DNA from: Gemmatimonadaceae bacterium
Lineage (GTDB): Bacteria; Gemmatimonadota; Gemmatimonadetes; Gemmatimonadales; Gemmatimonadaceae
Reading direction: 5' to 3'
DNA length: 64,000 nucleotides
NCBI GenBank assembly: GCA_051859245.1
Contig: JBHYGA010000001.1
Span: 704,001 to 768,000, forward strand
Part shown: positions 18,265 to 28,770 of the stretch, piece after piece
How the letters are laid out: the number at the start of each line of letters is the position of its first letter
Numbering within the stretch: position 1 is the stretch's first letter
The notes under the pieces: model-generated
Seen by the model: the letters and a program-made list of their open reading frames with translations, nothing else
What the model was told of the DNA's origin: nothing
Database searches by the model: none
Position numbers and translations under genes: made by a program

Positions 18265-21200
18265 GTGCATTATACAGCGACTACGCTGGTTGTCCTTCCC
18301 GCTGCTGCCTCGGAGCGAGCCGTTCCGGCCCCTTTCGATCTGCTCGTACCCCACGAACGCCGCCCTGTGCGACTGATCGCCGCTGGCCTCAAACGGGTCG
18401 GCGCCGCCTTGGCCATCGCAGGGCTGCTGGCGGTCGGCGCGCATTCCCTGGCGGCGCAATCTCGTCCAACGGTAGGCGCTCCGGCGGACTCGGCGACGGC
18501 GCAACCGCCGGTTTTCCGAGGGGAGATTCTGTTCCGGCTTCCGGCGGGCCTGCGGCCGCTCACCCTCGGGGTGCTCCAGGGAAAGCCGTCGTCGGAGATC
18601 GCGGACGAGGCCGCGCAAGGGCTGGAGACACGGCTGCTGTCGCTCCGGACGCGGCAGTGGCAGCAGGCTGTACGAGCCACGCTCACCGGAACGCCAACCG
18701 GTCCGCTGCGTGAGCTGGCCGAAACCGCGCTGCCAGCGCGCGCGGCCAGCGAGGCTCGGGGGCCTGCGACCGCAGCGAGTCCCACCGAGTTGCTCGCCGG
18801 CATTGCCGATCTGAACGTTGATCTGAGCGCCCGGCTGGAAAGCAAGGTCGCCCGTTCGGTCAACGAGATCTGTACCGCCGCCCAGCGCGCGCAGTTCGGC
18901 TCGAACTGTTTCGCCACCTACCTGCCGGGCTTCGACTTTCAGGTGAATCTCGTGTCGAAAGGGGTGGTGGCCGATCGCGTGTTTGTGAACGTGGAATACG
19001 ATTCGCAAAACCAGTACGACGCGTCGAACAATATTTCACTGTTCTACCAGGGGCGCCCAGACGAAATCCTGCAACGCGTGGAAGTGGGCAACGTGAGTTT
19101 TCAGGCGCCCACCTCGCGATTCCTCACGGCCGGTATTCCGTCAAACAACTACGGCGTGCAGGCCAGCGGACAGTTCGGCCCCATGCAGTTCTCCACGATT
19201 ATTGCGCAGCAGCGCGGCAACGTGTCGCGCAACAATGTGTTTACGGTTGGCGATCGCTCGGTGCAGCAGGTGGATCGGGTCATTGAAGACATTCAGATCG
19301 AGTCGCGCCGTTTTTTCTTCACCATCGATCCGCGACAGCTCACCGGATTTCCCAACGTCGATATTCTCAACCGGCAAGCCATGCAACAGGCCGCCGCGTC
19401 GCTGCCGGACTCCGTGCGGCCGGCGCGCGTGTATGTGTATCGCCAACTCATCAGCGCGCAAAACCAGAATCCGTTGGGGCCACAGTTTTCCGTGCGTGGC
19501 GCGCGCAATCCGGCGCGTCAGATCTATGAAGTGCTGCGGGAGAATGTGGATTACTATCTCGATCCGTCGCAGCTGTGGATCGCCTTGGTGCGCCCGCTCG
19601 GCCTGAACAATGAACGCCTTGTGGTGGCGTACGACGTCAACGTTGGTGGTGTGCCGGGACGCAACGTGAACACCGGCGGTACGCCAGATATTCAGTTCAC
19701 ACCGGAACCACAGTTCGCGAATCTGCTCTGGGAACCCGAACTGCAACCGAGTGACTCGGCGTATTTTTTGCGCGAGATCAAGTCGGTGTATCGACTGGCT
19801 GGCGAAGAACTGCGACGCGAAACCGTGGATCTCAAAATCGTCACCAACACGAGCGGCGATCAGGAACAACCGCCCGATCCGTCACGCGGGCAAACGTATC
19901 TGCAGCTCTTCGGCTTGTCGCAGGCCACCAACGGGGCGCAGTTCGATGTTGAGAATCGACTGTGGCCTCGTCCGAATGATCCGAATATCTCAGCGGCTGG
20001 TGGAGCAGGGCAAAAACTGATTCGTGATTACTTCGTGGTCTTTCCGTCGCTGCAGCCCTTTGGACGCGCGGGACTCGCGCAGCCAATCGCCAATCCGGCG
20101 AACGACACCCTGTATTCGTATCCCAACGAGTATCTGTATTCTGCGCAGCGCCCGCAGTCGATCTTTCGCATACTTGCACGCTACGACGGAAGCTCCGATG
20201 GGGCCACCGGTGGAATCACGCTCGGCACCACACAATTGCGACCGGGCTCGGAACGAGTAGAACTTGACGGTCTGTTACTCGTGCGCGATCGCGACTACAC
20301 CGTGAGTTATGAAACGGGCCGCATTGCGTTCAATCGGCCCGACACGCTCTTTCCGCGTCCGCGCACCGTCAATGTGCGCTACGAAGAAAATCCGCTCTTC
20401 GCGCTCGCGGCGACTCCCACATCGATTCTTGGCTTTGCCTCGCGGTTCCCGCTCGACGCCGGCCAGTTCACCTTCACCGCAATCTCGCAGGAACAGCGCT
20501 CCGTCTCGAACCGTCCGGCGCTGGGGTACGAACCGGTAGGTTCGCTGGTGGCTGGACTGACCAGCGATCTCGCGTGGGAGGCTCCGCAGCTGAGCCGATT
20601 GATGTCGCGCCTCGGCCTTGGTGAAACCGGTGCCGCGTCACGTGTTGCGTTGCAGGGTGAGTTTGCGATGAGTCGACCGCGTCCAAACGCGGCCGGACAA
20701 GCGTACATCGAATCGTTCGAAGGGGACGCGGGCACACAGGTGCAGCTGTTCGAAGGAGCGTGGTATCTGGGTAGCCAGCCGCAAGGCTCCGCGCGCGTGC
20801 CGTCGCTCGGAAGCAACCTGTTTACCCTCAATCGCGCGACCACGCTCGCGTGGCAGAATACCGGGCTCACACGCAATGGACGATTCGTTGCGTACACCAT
20901 CGATCAGATCGATCCGTCGGCACGATTCACCACGAGTGGATTGCAGTCGCCGGAGCAGGTGCTGTTTCTGAATCTGTATCCACAGCGTGCGGGCGGCGGA
21001 CTTGGCTTTGAACCGTCTACGGGAAACCCAACATTTCAGTGGACCACCGGTAGCACATCGTCGCTGCCAACAGGACGTCGCTGGCGCACCATTCGCACAG
21101 TGCTCAATCCAAGTGGACGTGATTTGTCGCGCGTTGAGGATCTTGAGTTCTACGCGCTGGTGTACACGGACCCAGGAAGCGAGGCGCGCAATCCCACCCT

Positions 21201-24200
21201 TGTCTTTGACTTTGGTGAGATCAGCGAGAATAGTGTGGCCTACGCGCCTGATACGCTGATCATTCGGCCCAGCACCACCGTTCCAGGGCGCGTGGACACG
21301 CTGTATCGAGGCAAACGACTGGTCGGATACAACCGGCTTGATTCCGAACGTGATGCGTTCTCGCGTGCGTTCAACGCAGTGACGGATGACAACGGACTGC
21401 CGGAGAGCCTGCTCGATTCCGTCATCGTAATTGATTCAACCGCGGCCAATCCCACGCCCGTGCTCACCAGCGGTGTGGCGATCTGCAGCAGCACATCGCA
21501 AACGCAACAACTCATCGGCGACAGTCGCGCGAACTGCACGGCGCGCAACAATCGTCTCGACGAAGAAGACATCGATCTCGATGGACAGCTCAACATGTCC
21601 GCCGAAACGGCGCCTGAGTTGGAGCGATTCAAACGCTTTGTTGTTGACCTGTCAGACCGCAACACATGGACACGCGAAGGTCGTTGCCAGCGTACGGCTC
21701 CGCTTGATGCACCGGCGGATTCCGCGGAGCAATGTTGGGTGCAAGTGCGCCTGAACTGGCGCACGCCCACCGACTCTGTGGGCACGCAGAACGATCGCCG
21801 AGTGCGTGCGCTGCGACTGTCACTCGTGTCGAACGCGGCATTGCCCGATAGTGCATTTACCGGCACGGCACTCGCGCGCCTCCGTCTGGTTGGCGCGCCG
21901 TGGCTCAAGCGCACGGAGCGTCCGATCAGCGGACTCGCCGGTGATTCGTTGGCGTCGCTCAGCGGTGGGTATGTGATTGCGTCGGTGATCGGATCGCTCG
22001 ACTCGACGGGCGACGTTCCGTATTCGCCGCCGCCCGGTGTGGCCGAGGTGCCTGAAGACAGACAGACGGGTCTCGAAGCGAGTCGTGTGCAGGTGAACGA
22101 ACGCGCGCTGCGATTGCTTGCGGGCGGATCACCCGGACAGTCGTTCCGACCGTTCGATCGCGCTGAAGCCTATCTTCGCTTTCCTGAAGGTCTCAAGAGC
22201 TTCATGGGCTACCGCACGTTGCGCTTGTGGATGCGCGGTCGCGGGAGCGGTTGGGGCCCGGACGGCGAGCTGCAGGGATTCGTGAAGATCGGCCGTGATG
22301 AACACAACTTTTACGCCTACCGTACGCCGGTGAATACGGGCGCAACACAGAATGCGTGGGAGCCTGAAGTCCGCGTCAATCTGCAGCGCTTTCAAACACT
22401 CCGCGCGAAGCTCGAGAATTTGTTTCTGCAGGGCAGTGCCGACTCGATCGCGTGCAGTGGTGCCGATCTTGAGTTGGTGCGTCGCTCTGGTCTACCGATC
22501 ACCAGTACGGTGCGCCGCTACGCGGTGTGCGAAGATGGTTACATCGTGTACACCACCGATCCCACCGTCACACCACCCAACCTCGCTGGCGTGCAGGAGC
22601 TGGCCGTGGGTTTCGTGCGCGTGGATTCCGTGCCGCGTTCGGCCAATGCCATCATGCCGAATGACACACTTGAACTGTGGATCAACGACATTCGCTTGAC
22701 CGATGTGGTAGACGACATGGGCTTCGCTGGCGAACTCGGGCTCACGCTCAACGCCGGCGATTTCATGGACGTGCGCGGTGCAGTGCGTCGACGCGATCCA
22801 AACTTCCGTCAACTTGGTGAGGCGCCCAGCTTTCTCACCGAGAACGGCTTTTCGCTCGGCACCACGTTGCACCTCGAACATTTGTTTCCGAGGCGTTTCG
22901 GAATCGTGGCGCCGCTGTCCATAGACTACAGCGGCAACGAAGTGGATCAGCTCTTTGTCAATCGTACTGATATTCGCGCCGAGGGCATTGAAGGACTGCG
23001 CAACCCGCGCGCTGGTCGTGTGAACTATGCGCTGACGGTTCGCCGGGAAACGAGACTCACGGACGGATGGTACGCCGCGTTCGTCAACGGATTTGCGCTG
23101 AATGCGGCGTGGGGACGTGGCAGTTCGCAAAGCGCGTTCCAGACGGGTCGGTCGAACAACTACCTCGTCAACGCGATCCTGGATTTCACGAGCGCGCCGC
23201 GCGAAAGCCCGTTGCCGAGGTGGTCGCTGCGTGTCTTTGATGTCTTTCCTCAGTCGCTTCGCAACTCCCGGGCATTGCGTGCGCTTCGCGAAACGCCGGT
23301 TCGGTGGAATCCATCCGAGTTGCGATTCTCGAGCGGCCTGTCTCGACAGGCGGCGCGCACGACAAGCTTTTTGAAGCCAGCCTTTGCACAAGCGGACACC
23401 GGGCAAGTTGCCGAAGCGCTGAATCATGTGTGGCAGAACACGGGCGTGCTGGAGTTTCGTCCAACCGCATCGTTGAGCGCGCGAGTGAACGCACGGCAGG
23501 TATTGGATCTGCGCGATTACGCGAACGCATCCACGCTCGCCGACAGCGCCGAGCGTCGCGAAGCCACCGAGGCTGAGCGTATTCGCGTGCTGGGCGCGAA
23601 TGTTGGGTTGGAGCGTGAGCGGTCCGTCAATACGGCGTTTCGGTTTGCGCCCGCACTGTTGCCGTGGCTCCGACCGCGAGCGGAACTCACCACAGGATTT
23701 GCGCTCCTCAAGGATCCCAACGCGCGTGCGCTGCTGCGCAACGCGGATTCCCTTGGCGGACTGCGTCTGCCCAAACGCCTCGGCGCCAATCAGAGCGTCA
23801 CGACCGGACTCACGTTCGATCTCGTGCGTCTCACGGAAGGTCGATTCAATCCGCTGGTTACACGTTGGATTCGTGCGTTGCAACCGGTCGATGCCACATG
23901 GTTCCGGGCGCTCGATTCAAATTACGACAACGTATTCGCCGTACCGAACGGTGGGTATCAGTTCGGGTTTGGCGGTCTCGATCTGTTCCGCGGTGTTGAT
24001 GGCACACTCGCCACGGCGGCTGGTCGTACACGGCGTGTGATCGTCACGGGCGGGCTCAATCTGCCACTCTCGCTCAGCGTGACCACACGCGCCGAGTTGG
24101 GTCGTTCCGAAACGTGGTCCCGTCGTGTGCGTGACGGATTCCAGGCGCTGATCACGAGCGACCAGGACGTCTACCCGGACATCACGTTGCGTTGGCAGTG

Positions 24201-24801
24201 GCGTCCGGCCCGTTCGCTCGGCCCATTCGTTGGCCTTGGCGCCACGGCGGGTTACGCGCGCAATGCGCAGCGCACCGATGTGCTCAATGAGCTCGGCGGC
24301 TTCGCGGATCGCACGCGGGGTCGCGCCGAGCGCATGCCGATTTCGGCGAGTCTGTCGTGGAATGTGTTTGGCCCACTGACCACATCGGCGTCGCTCAGTC
24401 GCACCACACGATCCGATGAACGCCCCGGCGCGCTCACGAACAGTGAATCAAACGACGTGTCACTCGGTCTCGCGCGCACATTCGCGCTGCCCGCCGAGTG
24501 GAAGCAACGCAGCGGACTGCGGACACAACTCACCTGGCAACGACAGGGCGCTCGCAGTGTGGTCAGTAACGCGCTGACGTCATTGTCGTCCTCAACGCCA
24601 ACCCTCTTTGAGGCGGTGTTGGCAGACAACGGTCGTGAGGCCTTCAATCTCAATGCCGACACCGATCTGTCGGAGACGTTGACGTTCTCCCTCGCCGGAT
24701 CGCACGTGATCACATACGATCGCAACTTTAACCGGCGATTCGCGCAGACCACGTTCAGCGCAATCCTCCAGCTCAACTTTTTCGGAAGCGCGTTGCGATA
24801 G
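18265..24801 (+). CDS. sprA: SprA-like large outer-membrane protein (type IX secretion translocon homolog); start uncertain
   Basis: 2178 aa; FDFQVNL...VNVEYDSQ...YQGRPDEILQRVEVGNVSF, GSERVELDG...DYTVSYETG, GQAYIESFEG, ELWINDIRL match SprA-type motifs. Confidence 0.8.
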   Translation: MHYTATTLVVLPAAASERAVPAPFDLLVPHERRPVRLIAAGLKRVGAALAIAGLLAVGAHSLAAQSRPTVGAPADSATAQPPVFRGEILFRLPAGLRPLTLGVLQGKPSSEIADEAAQGLETRLLSLRTRQWQQAVRATLTGTPTGPLRELAETALPARAASEARGPATAASPTELLAGIADLNVDLSARLESKVARSVNEICTAAQRAQFGSNCFATYLPGFDFQVNLVSKGVVADRVFVNVEYDSQNQYDASNNISLFYQGRPDEILQRVEVGNVSFQAPTSRFLTAGIPSNNYGVQASGQFGPMQFSTIIAQQRGNVSRNNVFTVGDRSVQQVDRVIEDIQIESRRFFFTIDPRQLTGFPNVDILNRQAMQQAAASLPDSVRPARVYVYRQLISAQNQNPLGPQFSVRGARNPARQIYEVLRENVDYYLDPSQLWIALVRPLGLNNERLVVAYDVNVGGVPGRNVNTGGTPDIQFTPEPQFANLLWEPELQPSDSAYFLREIKSVYRLAGEELRRETVDLKIVTNTSGDQEQPPDPSRGQTYLQLFGLSQATNGAQFDVENRLWPRPNDPNISAAGGAGQKLIRDYFVVFPSLQPFGRAGLAQPIANPANDTLYSYPNEYLYSAQRPQSIFRILARYDGSSDGATGGITLGTTQLRPGSERVELDGLLLVRDRDYTVSYETGRIAFNRPDTLFPRPRTVNVRYEENPLFALAATPTSILGFASRFPLDAGQFTFTAISQEQRSVSNRPALGYEPVGSLVAGLTSDLAWEAPQLSRLMSRLGLGETGAASRVALQGEFAMSRPRPNAAGQAYIESFEGDAGTQVQLFEGAWYLGSQPQGSARVPSLGSNLFTLNRATTLAWQNTGLTRNGRFVAYTIDQIDPSARFTTSGLQSPEQVLFLNLYPQRAGGGLGFEPSTGNPTFQWTTGSTSSLPTGRRWRTIRTVLNPSGRDLSRVEDLEFYALVYTDPGSEARNPTLVFDFGEISENSVAYAPDTLIIRPSTTVPGRVDTLYRGKRLVGYNRLDSERDAFSRAFNAVTDDNGLPESLLDSVIVIDSTAANPTPVLTSGVAICSSTSQTQQLIGDSRANCTARNNRLDEEDIDLDGQLNMSAETAPELERFKRFVVDLSDRNTWTREGRCQRTAPLDAPADSAEQCWVQVRLNWRTPTDSVGTQNDRRVRALRLSLVSNAALPDSAFTGTALARLRLVGAPWLKRTERPISGLAGDSLASLSGGYVIASVIGSLDSTGDVPYSPPPGVAEVPEDRQTGLEASRVQVNERALRLLAGGSPGQSFRPFDRAEAYLRFPEGLKSFMGYRTLRLWMRGRGSGWGPDGELQGFVKIGRDEHNFYAYRTPVNTGATQNAWEPEVRVNLQRFQTLRAKLENLFLQGSADSIACSGADLELVRRSGLPITSTVRRYAVCEDGYIVYTTDPTVTPPNLAGVQELAVGFVRVDSVPRSANAIMPNDTLELWINDIRLTDVVDDMGFAGELGLTLNAGDFMDVRGAVRRRDPNFRQLGEAPSFLTENGFSLGTTLHLEHLFPRRFGIVAPLSIDYSGNEVDQLFVNRTDIRAEGIEGLRNPRAGRVNYALTVRRETRLTDGWYAAFVNGFALNAAWGRGSSQSAFQTGRSNNYLVNAILDFTSAPRESPLPRWSLRVFDVFPQSLRNSRALRALRETPVRWNPSELRFSSGLSRQAARTTSFLKPAFAQADTGQVAEALNHVWQNTGVLEFRPTASLSARVNARQVLDLRDYANASTLADSAERREATEAERIRVLGANVGLERERSVNTAFRFAPALLPWLRPRAELTTGFALLKDPNARALLRNADSLGGLRLPKRLGANQSVTTGLTFDLVRLTEGRFNPLVTRWIRALQPVDATWFRALDSNYDNVFAVPNGGYQFGFGGLDLFRGVDGTLATAAGRTRRVIVTGGLNLPLSLSVTTRAELGRSETWSRRVRDGFQALITSDQDVYPDITLRWQWRPARSLGPFVGLGATAGYARNAQRTDVLNELGGFADRTRGRAERMPISASLSWNVFGPLTTSASLSRTTRSDERPGALTNSESNDVSLGLARTFALPAEWKQRSGLRTQLTWQRQGARSVVSNALTSLSSSTPTLFEAVLADNGREAFNLNADTDLSETLTFSLAGSHVITYDRNFNRRFAQTTFSAILQLNFFGSALR

Positions 24802-24834
24802 TGACAGCGTGCTGTGACCGCAGCAAGCTCAGGT

Positions 24835-24933
24835 CAGCGAGAAAACAGCGGCGGGAAGGGCACGAAAGCACGCAGTTGCTCTTCTTCGTGTCCTTCGTGC
24901 CTTCGTGTCCTGCCCGCCGCTGTTCTCTTGCTG
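24835..24933. repeat. REP-like palindrome, copy B (same unit as 12383-12563, arms in opposite arrangement)
   Basis: gcggcgggaagggcacgaaagcacg followed by gcagttgctcttcttcgtgtccttcgtgc..., the latter identical over 29 nt to the reverse complement of the copy A right arm. Confidence 0.85.
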
Positions 24934-25034
24934 GCCGGATAATCTCGCCGACGCAAGCGCGATCTGCGTGAATTCGATGCCGCTCGCGCGATAACGGTGA
25001 AGCGAAACGGAAGCGCACCGCGAGTTTGTCTCGC

Positions 25035-25508
25035 ATGCCCACCGCCGCCGAACGCCAGGCCGTCGCCTTCCTCACCGCCGTTGCCGTGCTCGGCGGAAGC
25101 GTCCGCGTGCTGCAATCGCGCGCCCTGGACCAGGCAGTGGCGCAGGCTGCATCGCTGTCGCCGGAAGAGCAGGCGTCGGCCGACGACGAGCTGAACCGCC
25201 AGGCCACCGCCGTTGCGGCCGCCAAGGATAAGAAAAAGCCGTCGAAAAAGTCCGGCCCGCCCAGCGAGCCGATCGACGTGAACACCGCCACTGCCGAACA
25301 GCTCGACGCTCTCCCCCGCGTGGGACCAGCGCTCGCCGCCCGAATCGTCGCCGATCGCGACTCGCTGGGCCCCTTCGATTCGCTGGAGGCGTTACAGCGC
25401 GTGAAGGGAATCGGACCCGCCCTCGCCCGGGGACTGTCACCATACGTGACGTTTTCCACCGGGCTCCGTCCATTACACGTTGACACCTACCGCGGTCGGC
25501 CGCCCTGA
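25035..25508 (+). CDS. comEA: ComEA-like helix-hairpin-helix DNA-binding protein
   Basis: N-terminal TM; IDVNTATAEQLDALPRVGPALAARIV...LQRVKGIG. Confidence 0.85.
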   Translation: MPTAAERQAVAFLTAVAVLGGSVRVLQSRALDQAVAQAASLSPEEQASADDELNRQATAVAAAKDKKKPSKKSGPPSEPIDVNTATAEQLDALPRVGPALAARIVADRDSLGPFDSLEALQRVKGIGPALARGLSPYVTFSTGLRPLHVDTYRGRPP

Positions 25509-25582
25509 TAGCGCGCGCCGCCCACGCTCGGCGTCTGTCCACTCCGCCCCTCGTTTCGCCCCTCGATCCGCCCGCTTGCTCC

Positions 25583-27424
25583 ATGGCCGCACCAGCCGCA
25601 CCCCCATCGGTTAAGTCCGCCGACCGACTCGGCGAGCTGCTCGTTCGTGAAGGGCTGATCACCAAGGAGCAGCTTGCCAAAGCGCTCCAGGAGCAGGTCG
25701 CAACTGGCGCGCGCATCGGCCTCACGCTGGTCAAAATGGGCATCGTGCCGGAAACGAGCGTCGTCAAGATTCTCGCGCGGCAGCACCGCATGCCCGCCGT
25801 GGATCTGGCCCGTTTCGAAGTAGACCCCAAGCTGCTCAAGCTGATCCCGGCCGACCTGGCGTCCAAGCACATCGTGCTGCCGCTCAAGCGCGATGGTCGA
25901 CAGCTCACGGTGGCAATCGCCGACCCCACGAACCTTGGCGTTGTTGACGACCTCAAGTTCATCACGCGCTACGACATCGTGCCCGTGCTGGCCGGCGAAT
26001 ACTCCATGCGCGCGGCCATCGAAAAGCACTATGATGCCGGCGAATCGCAGCAAATGCAGTCGCTGTTGCAGGACATCCAGGGTGATGACGATGACGTGGA
26101 GCTGCTCGAATCGCAGGAGCAGGAAACCGATGTCACCATCCTCGCCGCGCAGGTTGAAGAAGCACCCGTCGTCAAACTGATCAACGCCATTCTGATTGAC
26201 GCCGTGCAGAAGGGCGCGTCAGACATTCACTTTGAATCGTTCGAACACGAACTACGCGTGCGCTACCGCGTAGACGGTGCGCTGCAGGAAATCATGAAGC
26301 CGCCCATGAAAATGAAGGCGGCCCTGATTTCGCGTTTCAAGATCATGTCGTCGCTGAACATCGCCGAACGTCGCGTACCGCAGGACGGCCGTATCAAACT
26401 GAAAGTCGGCAAGAAGGTCATCGACTTCCGCGTGAGCACACTGCCCACGCTGTTCGGCGAAAAGGTCGTGCTGCGAATCCTCGACAAGGGCAACCTCACA
26501 CTCGATCTCGAAACGTTCGGCATTGAGCCGCGCGCCGAAGCCGAGTTCATGGAGGCCATTTCGAATCCGTATGGCATGGTGCTCGTCACGGGACCGACCG
26601 GTTCCGGCAAAACCACCACGCTCTACTCCGCGCTGTCCAAGATCAATACGATCGACACGAACATCATGACCGCCGAAGATCCCGTTGAGTACAACCTCTT
26701 CGGTATCAACCAGGTGCAGGTGCGCACCGAAATCGGCATGACCTTCGCCGCCGCACTCAAAGCGTTCCTGCGACAGGATCCGAACGTCATCATGCTCGGC
26801 GAAATTCGAGACCTTGAGACTGGTAGCATCGCGGTGAAAGCCGCACTCACCGGTCACATGGTGCTCAGTACGCTGCACACCAACTCGGCGCCGGAAACGC
26901 TCACGCGTCTGCTCGACATGGGACTCGAACCGTTTAACGTGGCGTCGGCGCTCAATGCCATTCTCGCGCAGCGTCTCGTGCGTCGTATCTGCTCCAAGTG
27001 CAAGGTCAAGTACGAGCCGGATGACGCCGAGTTCACGGGTGCGAAGGTGAACCGCGATACCACCATGCGTGATTTGCGCTTCACCGACCGGGCGCTCAAC
27101 GATGCCAAGGCGCGCGCGAGCAAAGAAGCCGCGCCGTTCCTCGAAGATCTGTCGCTGGATACACGCGTCAGCGAGCTCCCGTACTTCAAGGGACATGGCT
27201 GCGACGCCTGTAATGGAACGGGTCTGCGCGGTCGACAGGGTTTGTACGAAGTGATGTTCATGACCAACCACCTCAAGAAGCTCGTGGTGCAGAACGCTGA
27301 CTCTCAGGTTTTGCGCGACGAAGCGATCACCGAAGGCATGCTGACCCTCCGTATGGACGGCTGGCTGAAGGTGCTGAAGGGCCTCACGACGATGGAACAG
27401 GTCATCCGCGAAACGAGTGCCTAG
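25583..27424 (+). CDS. pilB: type IV pilus assembly ATPase
   Basis: RLGELL (MshEN-like), ASDIH, GPTGSGKTTT, EDPVE, LRQDP, CxxC pairs. Confidence 0.93.
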   Translation: MAAPAAPPSVKSADRLGELLVREGLITKEQLAKALQEQVATGARIGLTLVKMGIVPETSVVKILARQHRMPAVDLARFEVDPKLLKLIPADLASKHIVLPLKRDGRQLTVAIADPTNLGVVDDLKFITRYDIVPVLAGEYSMRAAIEKHYDAGESQQMQSLLQDIQGDDDDVELLESQEQETDVTILAAQVEEAPVVKLINAILIDAVQKGASDIHFESFEHELRVRYRVDGALQEIMKPPMKMKAALISRFKIMSSLNIAERRVPQDGRIKLKVGKKVIDFRVSTLPTLFGEKVVLRILDKGNLTLDLETFGIEPRAEAEFMEAISNPYGMVLVTGPTGSGKTTTLYSALSKINTIDTNIMTAEDPVEYNLFGINQVQVRTEIGMTFAAALKAFLRQDPNVIMLGEIRDLETGSIAVKAALTGHMVLSTLHTNSAPETLTRLLDMGLEPFNVASALNAILAQRLVRRICSKCKVKYEPDDAEFTGAKVNRDTTMRDLRFTDRALNDAKARASKEAAPFLEDLSLDTRVSELPYFKGHGCDACNGTGLRGRQGLYEVMFMTNHLKKLVVQNADSQVLRDEAITEGMLTLRMDGWLKVLKGLTTMEQVIRETSA

Positions 27425-27585
27425 CGCGTAGCGGCGCTGGCCGGTTGTGACGGTGACGTCACACCGTCGGCCATGCCCGTCACGAATCACGCTTCCCACC
27501 TCCGATTGCGGTTTCCCGACCAAACACCACTCGTCCTTGGCAGGAATCACCAGCGAGCGCCTTTGCTCGCCGCACCAACCTTCTT

Positions 27586-28749
27586 ATGACTGCACCGACG
27601 TCCGTTCCCGCTGTTTCGCTCCGGATGCTGCTCGATGAAATGATCGAGCGCGATGCGTCCGACCTGCACATTACCGCAGGCGATCGACCCAAGCTCCGGG
27701 TCGATGGCGATATCATCAATTCGTCGGTCGAGCACGTGCTGCAACCACGCGACACGCTACAACTCGCGTACTCCGTGCTCACGGAAAACCAGAAAAAGCG
27801 GTTTGAAATGGAGGACGAGCTCGACTTCTCGTTCGGCATTCAGAACCTGTCGCGCTTTCGTGGCAACGTGTTCCGCCAGCGCGGTTGTGTAAGCATGGTC
27901 ATTCGTCAGATCCCGTTCCAGATCAAAACGTTCGACGAACTGCAGCTGCCCGCGGTGATCGCCGGGTTCGCCGAGCGTCCGCGTGGAATGGTGCTGGTGA
28001 CGGGTCCGACCGGTTCCGGTAAGTCAACGACGCTCGCGGCCATGATCGACAAGATCAACAGCGAACGTCGTGGTCATATCATCACCGTCGAAGACCCCAT
28101 CGAGTTTATCCATCGCCATCGCACGTGCATCATCAATCAGCGCGAAGTTGGTGCGGATACCAAGAGTTTTGCGAGCGCGCTCAAGTACGCGCTGCGTGAA
28201 GATCCTGACGTCATTCTGATCGGCGAAATGCGCGACCTGGAAACGATCCAGGCGGCGCTCACGATCGCCGAAACCGGTCACTTGGTTTTTGCCACGCTGC
28301 ACACCAACAGTGCGGCCGAGGCGATCAACCGAATCATTGACGTCTTCCCCAGTCACCAGCAGAGTCAGGTGCGCGCGCAGCTGGCCTTCGTGCTCGAAGG
28401 CATCGTCACGCAAACGCTGCTGCCCAAGCTGTCGGGCCGCGGTCGCGCCATGGCCGCCGAGATCCTCGTGGTCACGCCGGCCATTCGCGCGCTGATCCGT
28501 GACGACAAAGTGCACCAGATCTACTCGCTCATGCAGTCCGGCAAAAAGTTCGGCATGCAGACACTGAACGACTCATTGTACCAGCTGTATGTGTCGCGCC
28601 AGGTCAGCGCCGACGAATGCGTTCGGGCATCAAGCGATCCGAACGAGTTCCTGCGCATGATTGGCAAGTCACCGTTCGACGATAACTCGCAGTCCTCTGG
28701 CCGACCCGCAGTTGGGGCCGCGCTCGCCGGCGCCAACGGGCGTCGCTGA
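27586..28749 (+). CDS. pilT: type IV pilus retraction ATPase
   Basis: ASDLH, GPTGSGKST, ALREDPD, TGHLVFATLHT, AIRALIR, GMQTL. Confidence 0.95.
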   Translation: MTAPTSVPAVSLRMLLDEMIERDASDLHITAGDRPKLRVDGDIINSSVEHVLQPRDTLQLAYSVLTENQKKRFEMEDELDFSFGIQNLSRFRGNVFRQRGCVSMVIRQIPFQIKTFDELQLPAVIAGFAERPRGMVLVTGPTGSGKSTTLAAMIDKINSERRGHIITVEDPIEFIHRHRTCIINQREVGADTKSFASALKYALREDPDVILIGEMRDLETIQAALTIAETGHLVFATLHTNSAAEAINRIIDVFPSHQQSQVRAQLAFVLEGIVTQTLLPKLSGRGRAMAAEILVVTPAIRALIRDDKVHQIYSLMQSGKKFGMQTLNDSLYQLYVSRQVSADECVRASSDPNEFLRMIGKSPFDDNSQSSGRPAVGAALAGANGRR

Positions 28750-28770
28750 TCCTTCACGAGGTAGTTCCGC

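Noticed and set aside
22492..28515. Long antisense ORFs over sprA, pilB and pilT
   Set aside because: Opposite-strand shadows of well-supported genes
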